64,000 bases of DNA from the human T2T-CHM13v2.0 reference genome, Homo sapiens. The position numbers were made by a program, and so were the translations under genes. The stretch lies in NCBI RefSeq assembly GCF_009914755.1, contig NC_060937.1, one strand, 5' to 3'. A model generated the notes under the pieces. It saw only the letters and a list, made by a program, of their open reading frames with translations. It had not been told where the DNA came from and did not search any database. Each line of letters starts with the position of its first letter. Position 1 is the stretch's first letter. Positions 11,901 through 23,400 of the stretch are shown here, one piece after another.

Positions 11901-14900
11901 TAATTTATAAAAGAAAGAGGTTTATTTGGCTTACAGTTCCACATGGCTGGGAGGCCTCACAATCATGGCAGAAGGCAAGGAGGATCAAGTCATATCTTAC
12001 ATGGATGGCAGGAGGTCAAAAGAGAGCTTGTGCTGGGCAACTTCCTCTTTAAAACCATCAGATCTTGGGAGACGCATTCACTATCATGAGAATAACACGG
12101 GAAAGACCCGACCCCATAATTCACTCATCTCCCACCAGGTCCCTCCCACAACATGTGGGAATTATGGGAGCTACAAGATGAGACTTCAGTGGGGACACAG
12201 AGTCAAGCCATATCATTCTGCCCCTGGACGCTTTCAAATCTCATATCTTCACATTTCAAAACCAATCATGCCTTGCAACAGTCCGCCAAAATCTCAACTC
12301 ATTTCAGCATTAACTCAAAAGTCCACAGTCCAAAGTCTTATCCAAGATAAGGCAAGTTCTTTCTGTCTATGAGCCTGGAAAATCAAAAGCAAGTTAGTTA
12401 CTTGCTAGATACAATGGGTGTACAGGGATTGGGTAGATACAGCCATTACAAATGGGAGAAATTGGCCAAAACAAAGGGGCTACAGGCTCCATGCAAGTTT
12501 GAAATCCAGCAGGGGCAGTCAAATCTTAAAGTTCCAAAATGACCTCCTTTGACTCCGTGTCTCACATCCACGTCACGCTGATACAAGACGTAGCTGGCTT
12601 TGCAGAGTATAGCCTCCTTCCTGGCTGCCTTCAAGGGCTGGTGTTGAGTGTCTGCAGCTTTTCCAGGTGCACAGTACAAACTGTCAGAGGATCTACCATT
12701 CTGGGATCTGGAGGACAGTGGCCCTCTTCTCACAGCTCCACTAGGCAGTGTCCCAATAGGGAATCTGTGTGGGGGCTCTGACCCCACATTTTCTTTCTGC
12801 ACTGCCCTAGCAAATGTTCTGCATGAGGACCCTGCCCCTGCAGCAAACTTCTGCCTGGGCATCTGGGCATTTCCATATATCCTCTGAAATCTAGGCAGAG
12901 GTTTCCAAACCTCAATTCTTGACCTCTGTGCACTCACAGGCTCAACATCACGTGGAAGCTGCCAAGGCTTGAGGCTTGCACCCTCTGAAGCCACAGCCTG
13001 AGCTCTACATTGGTGCCTTTCAGCCATGGCTGGTGCAGTCACTAGGCTGCACACAGCACGGGGATCCTGGGCTCGGCACACAGAACCACTTTTTCCTCCT
13101 GGGATTCCAGGCTTGCAATGGGAGGAACTTCCACAAAAGTCTCTGACATGCCCTGGAGACATTTTCTTCATTGTCTTGGTGATTAACATTTGGCTCCTTG
13201 TTACTTATGGAAATTTCTGCAGTGGGCTTGAATTTCTCCTCAGAAAATGGGATTTTCTTTTCTATTGCATTGTCAGGCTGCAAATTTTCCAAACTTTTTT
13301 GCTGTTTTCCTTTTGAAACTGAATGCCTTTAACAGCACCCAAGTCACCTCTTGAATGCTTTGCTGTTAGAAATTTCTTCCACCAGATACTCTAAATCATC
13401 TCTCTTAAGTTCAAAATTCCATAAATCTCTAGGGCAGGGGCAAAATGCCCCCAGTCTTTTTGCTAAGACATAACAAAAGTCACCTTTGCTCCAGTTCTCA
13501 ACAAGTTCCTCATCTCTGTCTGATAACACCTCAGCCTGGACCTTATTGTCCATACTGCTATCAGCATTTTGGGCAAAGCGATTCAACAAGTCTCTAGGAA
13601 GTTCCATACATTCCTACATTTTCCTGTCTTCTTCTGAGCCCTCCAAATTGTTCCAACCTCTGCCTGTTACCCAGTTCCAAAGGCACTTCCACATTTTCAG
13701 GTAACTTTTCTGCAGCGCCCCACTCTGCTGGTACCAATTTACTGTATTAATCTGTTCTCACACTGCTGATAAAGACATACCGGAGACTGGGAAGAAAAAG
13801 AGGTTTAATTGGACTTACAGTTCCACATGGCTGGGGAGATCTCACAATCATGACAGAAGGTAAGGAGGAGCAAGTCACATCTTATGTGGATGGCAGGAGG
13901 CAAAAAGAGAGCTTCCATTTTTAAAACCATTGGATCTTGTGAGACTCATTCACTGTCATGAGAATAGCACAGGAAAGACCCGCCCCCATAATTCAGTTAT
14001 CTCCCACCGGGTCCCTCCCACAACACATGGGAATTATGAGAGCTCCGAGATGAGGTTTGGTTGGGGAAACAGAGCCAAACCATATCATCTCTTGTTTCAT
14101 TTCTAATGGAGCTTATTTGGATCTTCTCTTTTCTTGGTTAATCTCACTAATGGTATCAATTTTATTTATCTTTTCAGAGAACCAGCTTTTTGTTTCATTT
14201 ATCTTCTATATATTTTTGTTTCAATTTCATTTAATTCTGCTCTGATCTTTGTTATTTCTTTTCTTCTGCTGGGTTTGGGTTTGGATTATAGTTTCTCCTG
14301 TTCCATGAGGTGTGACCTAAGATTGTCTATTTGTGCTCCTTCAGACTTTCTGATATAGGCATTTAATGTTATGAACTTTCCTCTTAGCACCACTTTTGCT
14401 GTATCCCACAGGTTTTGATAGGTTGTGTCACTATTTTTGTTCAGTTCAAAGAATTTTTAAGTTTCCATCTTGATTTCATTGTTAACCCAACAATCATTCA
14501 GGAGCAGGTTATTTAATTTCCATGTATTTGCATGGTTTGGGAGGTTCCTTTTGGAGTTGATTTCCACTTGTATTCCACTGTGGTCTGAGAGAGTACTTGA
14601 TATAATTTCGATTTTCTTAAATTTACTAAGACTTATTTTGTGGCCTATCATATGGTCTATCTTGGAGAATGTTCCATGTGCTGATGAGTGGAATGTATAT
14701 TCTGAAGTTGTTGGGTAGAATGTTCTGTAAATATCTGTTGAGTCCATTTGTTGTAGGGTATAGTTTAAGTCCATTGTTTTTGACTTTCTGTCTTGATGAT
14801 CTGTCTAGTGCTGTCAGTGGAGTACTAAATCCCCCACTATTATTGTGTTGCCATCTATCTCATTTTTTAGGTTTACTAGTAATTGTTTTATAAATTTGGG

Positions 14901-17377
14901 AGCTCCAGTGTTAGGTGCATATATATTTAGGACTGTGGTATTTTCCTGTTGGACTAATTTTTTTATCATTATATAATGTCCCTCATTGTGTTTTTTAACT
15001 GCCGTTGCTTTAAAGTTTGTTTTGCCTGATATAAGAATAGCTACTCCTGCTCACTTTTGATGTCCATTTTCATGGAATATATTTTTCCACTCCTTTATCT
15101 TAAGTTTATGTGAGTCCTTATGTGTTAGGTGAGTCTCCTGAAGACAGCAGAAAATTGGTTGGTGAATTCTTACTCATACTGCCTTCCTGTATCTTTTAAC
15201 TGGAGCATTTAAGCCATGTACATTCAAAGCTAGTATTGAGATGGGAGGTACTATTCTATTCATTGTGCTATTTGTTGCCTGAATACCTTGTGTTTTTTTT
15301 TTCATTGTGTTATTGTTATATATGTCCTATGAGACTTATGCTTTAAATAAGTTATATTTTGGCATATTTCAAGGATTTGTTTTAAGACTTAGAGCTCCTT
15401 TTAGGAGTTCTTGTAGTGACAGCTTGGTAGTCGCAAATTCTCTCAGCATTTGTTTGTCTGGAAAAGACTGTATCTTTCCTTCATTTATGAAGCTTAGTTT
15501 CACTGGATACAAAATTCTTGGCTGACAGTTGTTTTGTTTAAGTAGGCTAAAAATAAGACCTCAATCCCTTCTAGCTTGTAGGGTTTCTGCTGAGAAATCT
15601 GCCATTATTTTGATAGATTTTACTTTATAGGTTACCTGATGCTTTTGCCTCACAGCTATTAAGATTCTTTTCTTTGTCTTGACTTTAAATAACCTGATGA
15701 CTATATGCTTAGGTGATGACTTTTTGTGATGAATTTCCCAGGTGTCCTTTGAGCTTCTTGTATTTGGATGACTAGATTTCTAGCAAGGCCAGGGAATTTT
15801 CCCCTGATTATTCCCTCAAATATCTTTTCCAGACTTTTAGATTTCTCTTCTTCCTTGGGAACACCAATTATTCTTAGGTTTGGATGCTTAACATATTCTC
15901 AAACTTCTTGGAGTCTTTGTCCATTTTTTCTTATTCTTTGTTCTTTGTCTTTGACAGATTGGGTTAATTCAAAAGCCGTGTCTTCGAGCTCTGAAATTCT
16001 TTCTTCTGCTTGTTTGAGTGCATTGCTGAGACTTTCCAATGCATTTTGCATTTCTGTAAGTGTGTCCTTGATTCCAGAAGTTGTAATTGGTTTTTATTTA
16101 TACTATCTGTTTCACTGAAGATTTTTCCTTTCACATCCTGTATTATGTTTTTGATTTCTTCAAGTTGGAGTTCATCTTTCTCTGGTGCCTCCTTAATTAG
16201 CTTAATAATTGACCTTTGGACTCCTTTTTCTGGCAATTCAAAGATTTCATCTTGGTTTGGATCCATTGCTGGTGAGCTGGTGTGACCTTTTGGGAGTGTT
16301 AAAGAACCTTGTTTTGACATATTACCAGAATTGTTTTTCTGGCTTCTCATTTTGGTAGACTATGTCAGAGGGAATATCTGGGACTCAAGAGCTGCTGTTC
16401 AGATTCTCTTGTCCCATGGTGTGCTCCTTTGATGTGTTGCTCTTCTCCTTCTCCTAGGGATGGGGCTTCATGAGAGCTGAACTGCAGTGATTGTTTTTGC
16501 TCTTCTGGGTCTAGCCACCCAGCAGAGCTACTGGGCTCCAGGCTGGTACTGGGAAGTGTCTGCAGAGTCCTGTGATGTGATCTTTCTTCAGGTCTTTCAG
16601 CCATGGATACCAGCACCTGCTCCAGGGGAGGTAGCAGAGGCGCGAAGAGGACTCTGAGGTTTCTTGGTTGTATTTTTGTTTGGTGCACTGGTTTCTCGTT
16701 GGTTGGCCTCCAACCAGGGGGTGGTACTTTCAAGAGTGCATCATCTGTAGTTGCACAGGGAGGATCAGGTGGTAGGTGGGGCTATAGAGCACCCAAGAGA
16801 TTATGTCCTTTGTTTTTGCAACCAGATGGGTGGGGAAAGACCACCAGATGGGGGTGTGTCTGAGCTCAGACTCTTCTCCGGCAGGGCGTGCTGTGGCTGC
16901 TGTGGGGGTTGGGGGTGTGGTTCTCAGGCCAATGGAGTTATGTTTCCAGGGGGATTATGGCTGCCTCTGCTGAGTCACACAGGTCGCCAGGGAAAGGGTG
17001 GAAATCCGGCAGCCAAGGATTCACCCCACTCCACACGGCCTGCAGTCCTAAAGGCCAGTTCTCACTCTGACCACCGTGCACCCCCAACAGCACTGAGTTT
17101 ATTTCCATGCAGCCGGTGACCAGGGCTGAGAACTTGCCCCAGACCACCAGCCTCCCTGCTGAGAAAACCAGCCGACTCACAGCTTTTCAGAGTCTCAGGG
17201 AGCCTGTAGCAGTGATGCAGTTCCTTCAAAGGGTCTGTGGATTCTCTCAGCATTCCTGGTATGTTGCTGTGGTAGTTGGTGGAGCAGAAGTTCACAATGT
17301 GAGTCTCCACATGCTACTGTGTCTGTGCGAGTGGGAGCTGCAAGCTAGTCCTGCCTCCTATCCACCATCTTCTCTTC
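8992..17377 (-). mobile_element. Full-length, degenerate L1PB1-like LINE-1, interrupted by THE1 at 11852-14087
   Basis: 3' end ttttatttcaataggtttt..gggaacaggtggtgtttgg. Broken ORF2 pieces ([30 protein letters not shown]), ORF1 remnant 15964-16350, L1PB-type 5' end (aagatggtggataggaggcaggactagcttgcagctccc). Confidence 0.92.
11852..14087 (-). mobile_element. THE1B-like MaLR provirus (LTRs 11852-12215 and 13743-14087)
   Basis: Two TG...CA LTRs around a ~1.5 kb THE1 internal region. 5-bp TSD tctcc/tctct. The L1 sequence rejoins across it. Confidence 0.93.
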
Positions 17378-17570
17378 TAATTGTGTATTTAAACATAGGA
17401 AAGGTAATATGCTGCACTATGACATTATGATGACTACAATGTCACTAGGTGGTAGAAAATTTTCAGTTTCACTAATGATCTTAAGGGTATATACTGTCCA
17501 TTGTTGACCCAATTGTATATCATAGTGGTCCTATGAAATTATAATGTTGTATTTTTACTGTACCTTTTTA
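17378..17570. mobile_element. Tigger3 right part (to ~17512), fused to an inverted Tigger3 end fragment
   Basis: ttgtgtatttaaacataggaaagg continues the 7835-8056 piece. gtggtcctatgaaattataatgttgtatttttactgtacctttt is the same terminal region in the opposite orientation. Confidence 0.7.
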
Positions 17571-18211
17571 TTTTTTACTTTTCTTTTTTACTATACCTCT
17601 TTTTTGGCAAAATGTTCAAATCTTTTGTGTGATTTTTATTAGATTGTTCTGTATATTTGTGGAAAAGGTATGTTTTATAGATACAGTTGTTGCTTTAAAA
17701 AAACTTTTTGCAAGTGTTTATCTTTGAAATGTTCAGACAACTTTAAAAAATAATTATGGAAATGTTTGCATTTACAGCTAGCATTGTCTATTTGTTTTCT
17801 ATTTGCCTCATCCATTCTGTGTTACTTTATTTCCTGTTTACCCATTTTGTTTCAGTTGCATACTTTTTAGTATCTATTTTATTTCTGCTATTGACTTAAT
17901 CATAATTATTTGTATTATTATTTGTGTAGTTGCTTAATTATTAACAAAATGTATCCTTAGCTTATCACAGCCTATCTTTAAATAATAATATATTGCTGTA
18001 CATGTAATATAAGAACTTCTTAAGAATACCTTTTCATTTCTTCCCTACCATACCCTTTGGACTATTATTTTCATACACTTTATTTCTACACATATTACAA
18101 ACCACACACTAACTTACTATTTTTAAAACAATAAATTACCTCTTGAATTTTTTCTTTCTTTTCTCTTTTAAAAAAAATATAACAGTTTCCTCCTTGTGTT
18201 CAGCCTCTCAG

Positions 18212-18685
18212 TTTTTTTTTTTATTTTTATACACGTGGGATACATGTGCAGGATGTGCAGGTTTGCTACATAGGAAAACGTGTGTCATGGTGGTTTGCTG
18301 CACCTATCAACCCATCACCTAAGTATTAAGCCCTGCATGCATTTTTCCTCTTCTCTCCCTCCCATGCCTCGCCCTCCACCTAGACAGGTTCCGGTGGGTG
18401 TTGTTCCCTTCCCTGTGTCCATGTGTTCTCATCATTCAACTCCCACTTGTAAGTCAGAACATGTGGTGTTTGGTTTTCTGTTCCTGTGTTAATTTGCTGA
18501 GTATAATGGCTTCTAGCTCCATCCATGTCCCTGAAATGGACATGATCTTGTTCCTTCTAATGGCTGCATAGTATTCCATGGTGTATATGTACCACATTTT
18601 CTTTATCCAGCCTATCATTGATGGGCATTTGGGTTGATTTCATGTCTTTACTATTGTGAATAGTGCGCAATGAACATATGTGTGC
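18212..18685 (-). mobile_element. 5'-truncated L1PA (older, PA8-PA13-like) 3' end
   Basis: Poly(T) followed by tacatgtgcaggatgtgcaggtttg..catagg...ggtggtttgctgcacctatcaaccc. Confidence 0.85.
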
Positions 18686-18689
18686 AAGA

Positions 18690-20300
18690 ATTTTTTTCAT
18701 TTGAAATAATTTTATATATAGGAAAGTTGCAAAAATGATACAAAGAATTCATGTATTCTTTCATCCAGCTTCCCTTAATACTAACATCTTATATTAGCAA
18801 GGATAATTATCAAAACAAAGAAATTGACTTTGGCATAATACTTTTAAGCAAACAATAGATGCTCCTTGAATTCCATCAGTTTTCCAGTAGTTCATTGCTT
18901 CTATCTCAGGATCCAATCCAGTATTCCACATTGCAGTTACTTTTTATGTCTCTTTAGTCTCCTCTAATCAATGATAATTCTTGAATTTGACACTTTTAAT
19001 GAATAATGGTCAGTTATGCTGTAGAATGTCTCTCAGTTTGGTTTTGACTCTTGTATTCTTGTGATTAAATTGATACATCTTTGGCAAGTACACTGTAGAA
19101 GTGATGTTGTGTCCTTCCCAGTGCATCATATCAGGGTGTATATGATGTTAATATGTCTCATTACAGATGATATTAACTTTAATCATTTTCACTAAAATAT
19201 TGTCTGCCAGGTTGCTCCACCATAAAATTATCACTTTCATTTTTGCAATTAATAAATATCTTGGGCAAAACACTGTGAAACCACTCAAATATCATTTTTC
19301 CTGAAAACCGTGCTCACTGATTTTAGCCGTCATCAGTGAGTTTTGCCTGCAGCAATTATTACTATGATACTTGTTTGAGGTTGATTTTGTATTTCCCTAA
19401 TTTCTTTTATATTTGTTAATTGAAATTTTTCTGTAATGAAGAACTATTTATTCTCCCATGTTTATTTATGTATTCAATTATTTAAAATAAATTGGGAAGT
19501 CATAAATGTTTACTCCTTTGAATATTATTTAATATTATCATTTTTAATTTTGTGACTCATGCTATTCTAGCATTTTCTGACACCATGATATATTTCAGTT
19601 TCATTTTATTTTATTTTAATTTTTGCATCAGCCTTGGAATCAACCACTTCTCTGACTAGCCATGGTTCTTTTGATTGGCAAATGGTATTTAGAAACAAAG
19701 ATCCAGGCACAGAGTACTTGTTACGGAAGTGTTATTGTTTTTAGGATCTCTCAAATGACAGGGTTTGGAAATATATGCAAGTATACTACTCACACATACA
19801 TACAATTCTGCATTTATATTTCTATATATAACTTAACATATATTAATGCTCATGAATTCATAGTTATGCCTCCAATTATAATCTGACACTATAGGGTTAA
19901 TTCTGTCCTCCTTTTTCTTATTCGTAACTTCTTCCTTTGACAATGGAAACAGAGTCTCTTTATCTACAATATATTTACTTATTTGTTAGATCATTGTATA
20001 CACATGCTCCTTTCAGAAACAGATTTACTAAGTACATTTGTGAATAGTTACTTACATGTTTAGCTTTATAATGTCCACACCAAACTCTAAGTTACTTAGA
20101 TTAGTTCTTTTCTACCTCATTCCGTTCAGTGTGGTTATCCTATTCACTTGTAACATATTTAGGTTCATCTCTTACTGTCTTGTATTCAATTTTCAGATCC
20201 CCCAACAATTTGAGTGATTTTAATAACTATTTAGTTTTATGGGTATTTGAGACTTTATTATGGTTCTAAAAATCAAAGCTATGCTGAGAGTATACCCAGA
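18690..20300 (-). mobile_element. L1MC-type 3' region
   Basis: ttgaaataatttt...aaagttgcaaaaat...caggatccaatcca...ggaatcaaccacttctc...aatggtatttagaaacaaagatc; diverged. Confidence 0.65.
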
Positions 20301-20309
20301 GAAATATCG

Positions 20310-20843
20310 TGAAGGAAAGGAAGATATTTTCATGTTTGTGCATAATTGGGACTTCCTGAGTAATGAAAATTAGGACCTGGATTAAAAGATAAGTCTTGGA
20401 AATTAAAGGGTATTAGACCACAAGACATTTGCTCCTACTGTCAGTAGTAAAACTTATCTTTCTAGAGCCAACTGTTTGCATTGCAGGGTAGGAACTTTCT
20501 CTTTTATCTTCCTGAGAGACTTTGTTTTATTTCAAATGGGGATGAGACCTAGAGCCCTAAAGCCTGTCATTTACATTGCATGTTATTGTAGACAACTAGG
20601 GAGTGGATATTGCCTTTCCTCTGGCAGAAAAGAATAGAGGGCAGCTTTTCTTCTCCTATACAAACTGTCAGGCTCATAATTTTGGAGGTATTCTCCTTCA
20701 GGACCCACCTCATATATATATATATAGGGTAACATTTGGTTTTTGTGCTTTGTGCCTAGGATATTAGGGCAAGAGGAACTGATGTGGTTATTACTATAAG
20801 TAATAATAATTTGCCTTGATCCAGAAACCTCATGTTTGTATCC
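20310..20843 (+). mobile_element. Ancient ERVL-type LTR (LTR40/41-like)
   Basis: gggcaagaggaactgatg...agtaataata...tgatccagaaacctcatgt resembles the 3' part of these LTRs; weak. Confidence 0.35.
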
Positions 20844-21208
20844 TGTATTAGTCTGTTCTCATGCTACTATGAAGAAATACCCAAGACTGGGTAGTTTATA
20901 AAGGAAAGAGGTTTAATTGACTCACAGCTCCGCGTGGCTGGGGAAGCCTCAGGAAAGTTAAAATCATGGCAGAAGGGGAAGCAAACACGTCCTTCTTCAC
21001 ATGGTGGCAGGAGAAGTGCAGAACAAAGGGAGGAAAAGACCTTTATAAAACCATCAGATCTCATGAGAACTCACTCAGTATGAGAACAGCATGGGGAATC
21101 ATGATCTAATCACCTCCCACAAGGTCCCTCTCCCAGCACATGGGGATTACAATTGGGATTACGATTCAAGATGAAATTTGGCTGGGGACACAGAGCCAGA
21201 CCATATCA
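20844..21208 (-). mobile_element. MSTA-like solo LTR
   Basis: tgtattagtctgttctcatgct...cctcaggaaa.tta.aatcatggcagaagg...ccatatca; TSD not recognisable. Confidence 0.85.
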
Positions 21209-21414
21209 TTATAAATAAGATAAATATATACATTAAAAACTTATTAAGAAATATTTCTTCCTCTTAATCTCTACTACTGTAGTCCATTTTCCCCTTCTTT
21301 TTGTCATTTCCTACCCACTCTCTGTTGGAATGAATCTTTTAAGTTTACAACTTATCTCTCTTGTATTTCTTTTGCATAAATGATGTATATTTTCTATCTT
21401 CTTTCCTTCTTGTT

Positions 21415-22062
21415 TTAATATAGTAGCTCTACTGAGATATAATTCACATACTGTAACATTAACCCATTTCAAGTGTACATGATTTTAGGGTATTCACAGG
21501 GTTGTGTGATCATCACCATAATCAATTTTGGAATAGTTTCATTATCCCTAAAAGAAACTCTGTAGACGTAATTTGTTATTCTCCATAACCCTCCTCCCAG
21601 CCCGAGATAACAACTAATTTATATGGTCTTTAGTGGCTGGTTTCCTGCATGCAACATATTTTCAAGATTCATCCATGTTGTAGCATCAATCAGTACTTTA
21701 TTCCTTTTTATTGCTGAATAATTTTTCACTGTATGTGTATACCACGTTATTTATCCATTTATCAGTTGATGGGCATTTTGGTTGTTTCCATTTTGAGGCT
21801 ACTATAAATAAGGCTGCTACGAACATTTGTGTACAGCTTTTATGCAAACATGTTTTCATTTCTATTCATACATGAGTAGGAATAGAATTGCTGGGTCATT
21901 GATAACTCTATGTTTGACTTTTGATGAACTGCCAGACTGTTTTTCCAAAGCAGCTGCACCATTTTACATTCCTACTATTAATAGCAATATGTGGGGGGTC
22001 CCAATTTCTCCATATTCTCACCAACTTGTTGTTATCTCTTTTTAATTATAGTTATTCTAGTA
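21415..22062 (-). mobile_element. L1MB 3' fragment
   Basis: tgagatataattcacatac...aagtgtaca...ttcaagattcatccatgttgtagcat. Confidence 0.75.
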
Positions 22063-23400
22063 TTCCTTTCTTTCTCACATGACGTATAGAATCTTATGTT
22101 GTAAGATTATGACATAATGCTTCGTAATTTGCTTTTTTCCACTTACCAATATAGCCTGTGAAAAACAAGTCATCTTAGAGGAATATTCCTCGTTCTTTTT
22201 ATAGCTGCATAGTATTCCATTGTGTAAATGTATCATAATTTATTCAATCCCTCTCGAACACATGGATATTTGGTTTATTACCACTACTTTGCAAATATGA
22301 ACAATGCAGCAATAAATAACCCTATGCATATTATTTCAGCCTATGCATAATATTCATATTATTAGAAGAGTATTTTCAGGATATATATGTGGTTGTGCTA
22401 AATATTGTCAAATTTTCATCCAGAAGTCATAGACCAATTTTCATTCACATAAGCAGTGTATGAGAAAATGTGTTTGCTATAGCCTTGTCAACAGAATTTG
22501 CTGTCTTGCTTTTAGACGTTTGCCAGTCTGATAGGTGAGAAATGGTGTCTTTGTGTTGTTTAATTTCTCTAATTTTAGTGAGACTAAAGGCTTTTTATGT
22601 TTTTTATGTCATTTTTGAATATTTTTAGTGAATTTTCTGTTCTCTTAATTATTTTTTAAAGAGGTTAATAAATAACAAAACAATCTTTTATATTTATTCA
22701 CGTTTATTATTTCTAGCATTCTGTTTTCTATGGATTCTAATTTCCATCTGGTGTCATTTTCTTTTAGCTTGAAGAACTTCTTTTAACATTTCTTTTAGTG
22801 TAGGTGTGTTAGGAACACATTTTCTCAGCTTTAGTTTTTCTAAAAATGTGTTTACTTTGCCTTCATTTTTTTGACGATATTTTGCTAGATAGAGAATCTA
22901 GCCTGCTGGTTATTTTCTTACAGTACTCTACGTTGTTCCATTGTCTTTTGGCTTATGCCTTTTCTGATAAGAAGTTTGCAGGCATTCTTATTTGTTTTCC
23001 TGCCGATGTCAGCCTTTGGTATACACCCCTGGGCTCTCAGTAAGGACCTGTGGCTAAGAGTTTTCAGGTTGGCATAGTCCTGTATTCTCTCTGTACCTCC
23101 TTCAAGTTTTTAATGTCACAGTTACCCACACTTTGCAATTAAATGCTTATAAATGATTTGGCTGGCACTTCATCATCCTCCTATTTTTCTATAGATAAGA
23201 GCAGCCCCGGATCTTTTCTCCCGTATGAAAAGTTTGTTACTTTCTGGAATTTTGTTCATTCAGGTTTCTTTGTGTACTCAACTTTGCAATGAATTAAAAG
23301 TAAAAGACTATGGTTTTGTAACTGCTCCAGCTTGGTTCAGTTGTTAGGATGATAACAATAGTTTCTTATGATATGGATCTAATGGAACCTAAGTTCATGT
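22063..23400 (-). mobile_element. Further ancient L1M fragments
   Basis: gctgcatagtattccattgtg, ctgataggtgagaaatggt, tttctgataagaagtttgc; T-rich. Confidence 0.5.

Noticed and set aside
12446-13607. ORFs of 247, 90 and 87 aa on the minus strand, and similar ones at 30323-31336
   Set aside because: These are broken remnants of the THE1 internal ORF, not host genes.
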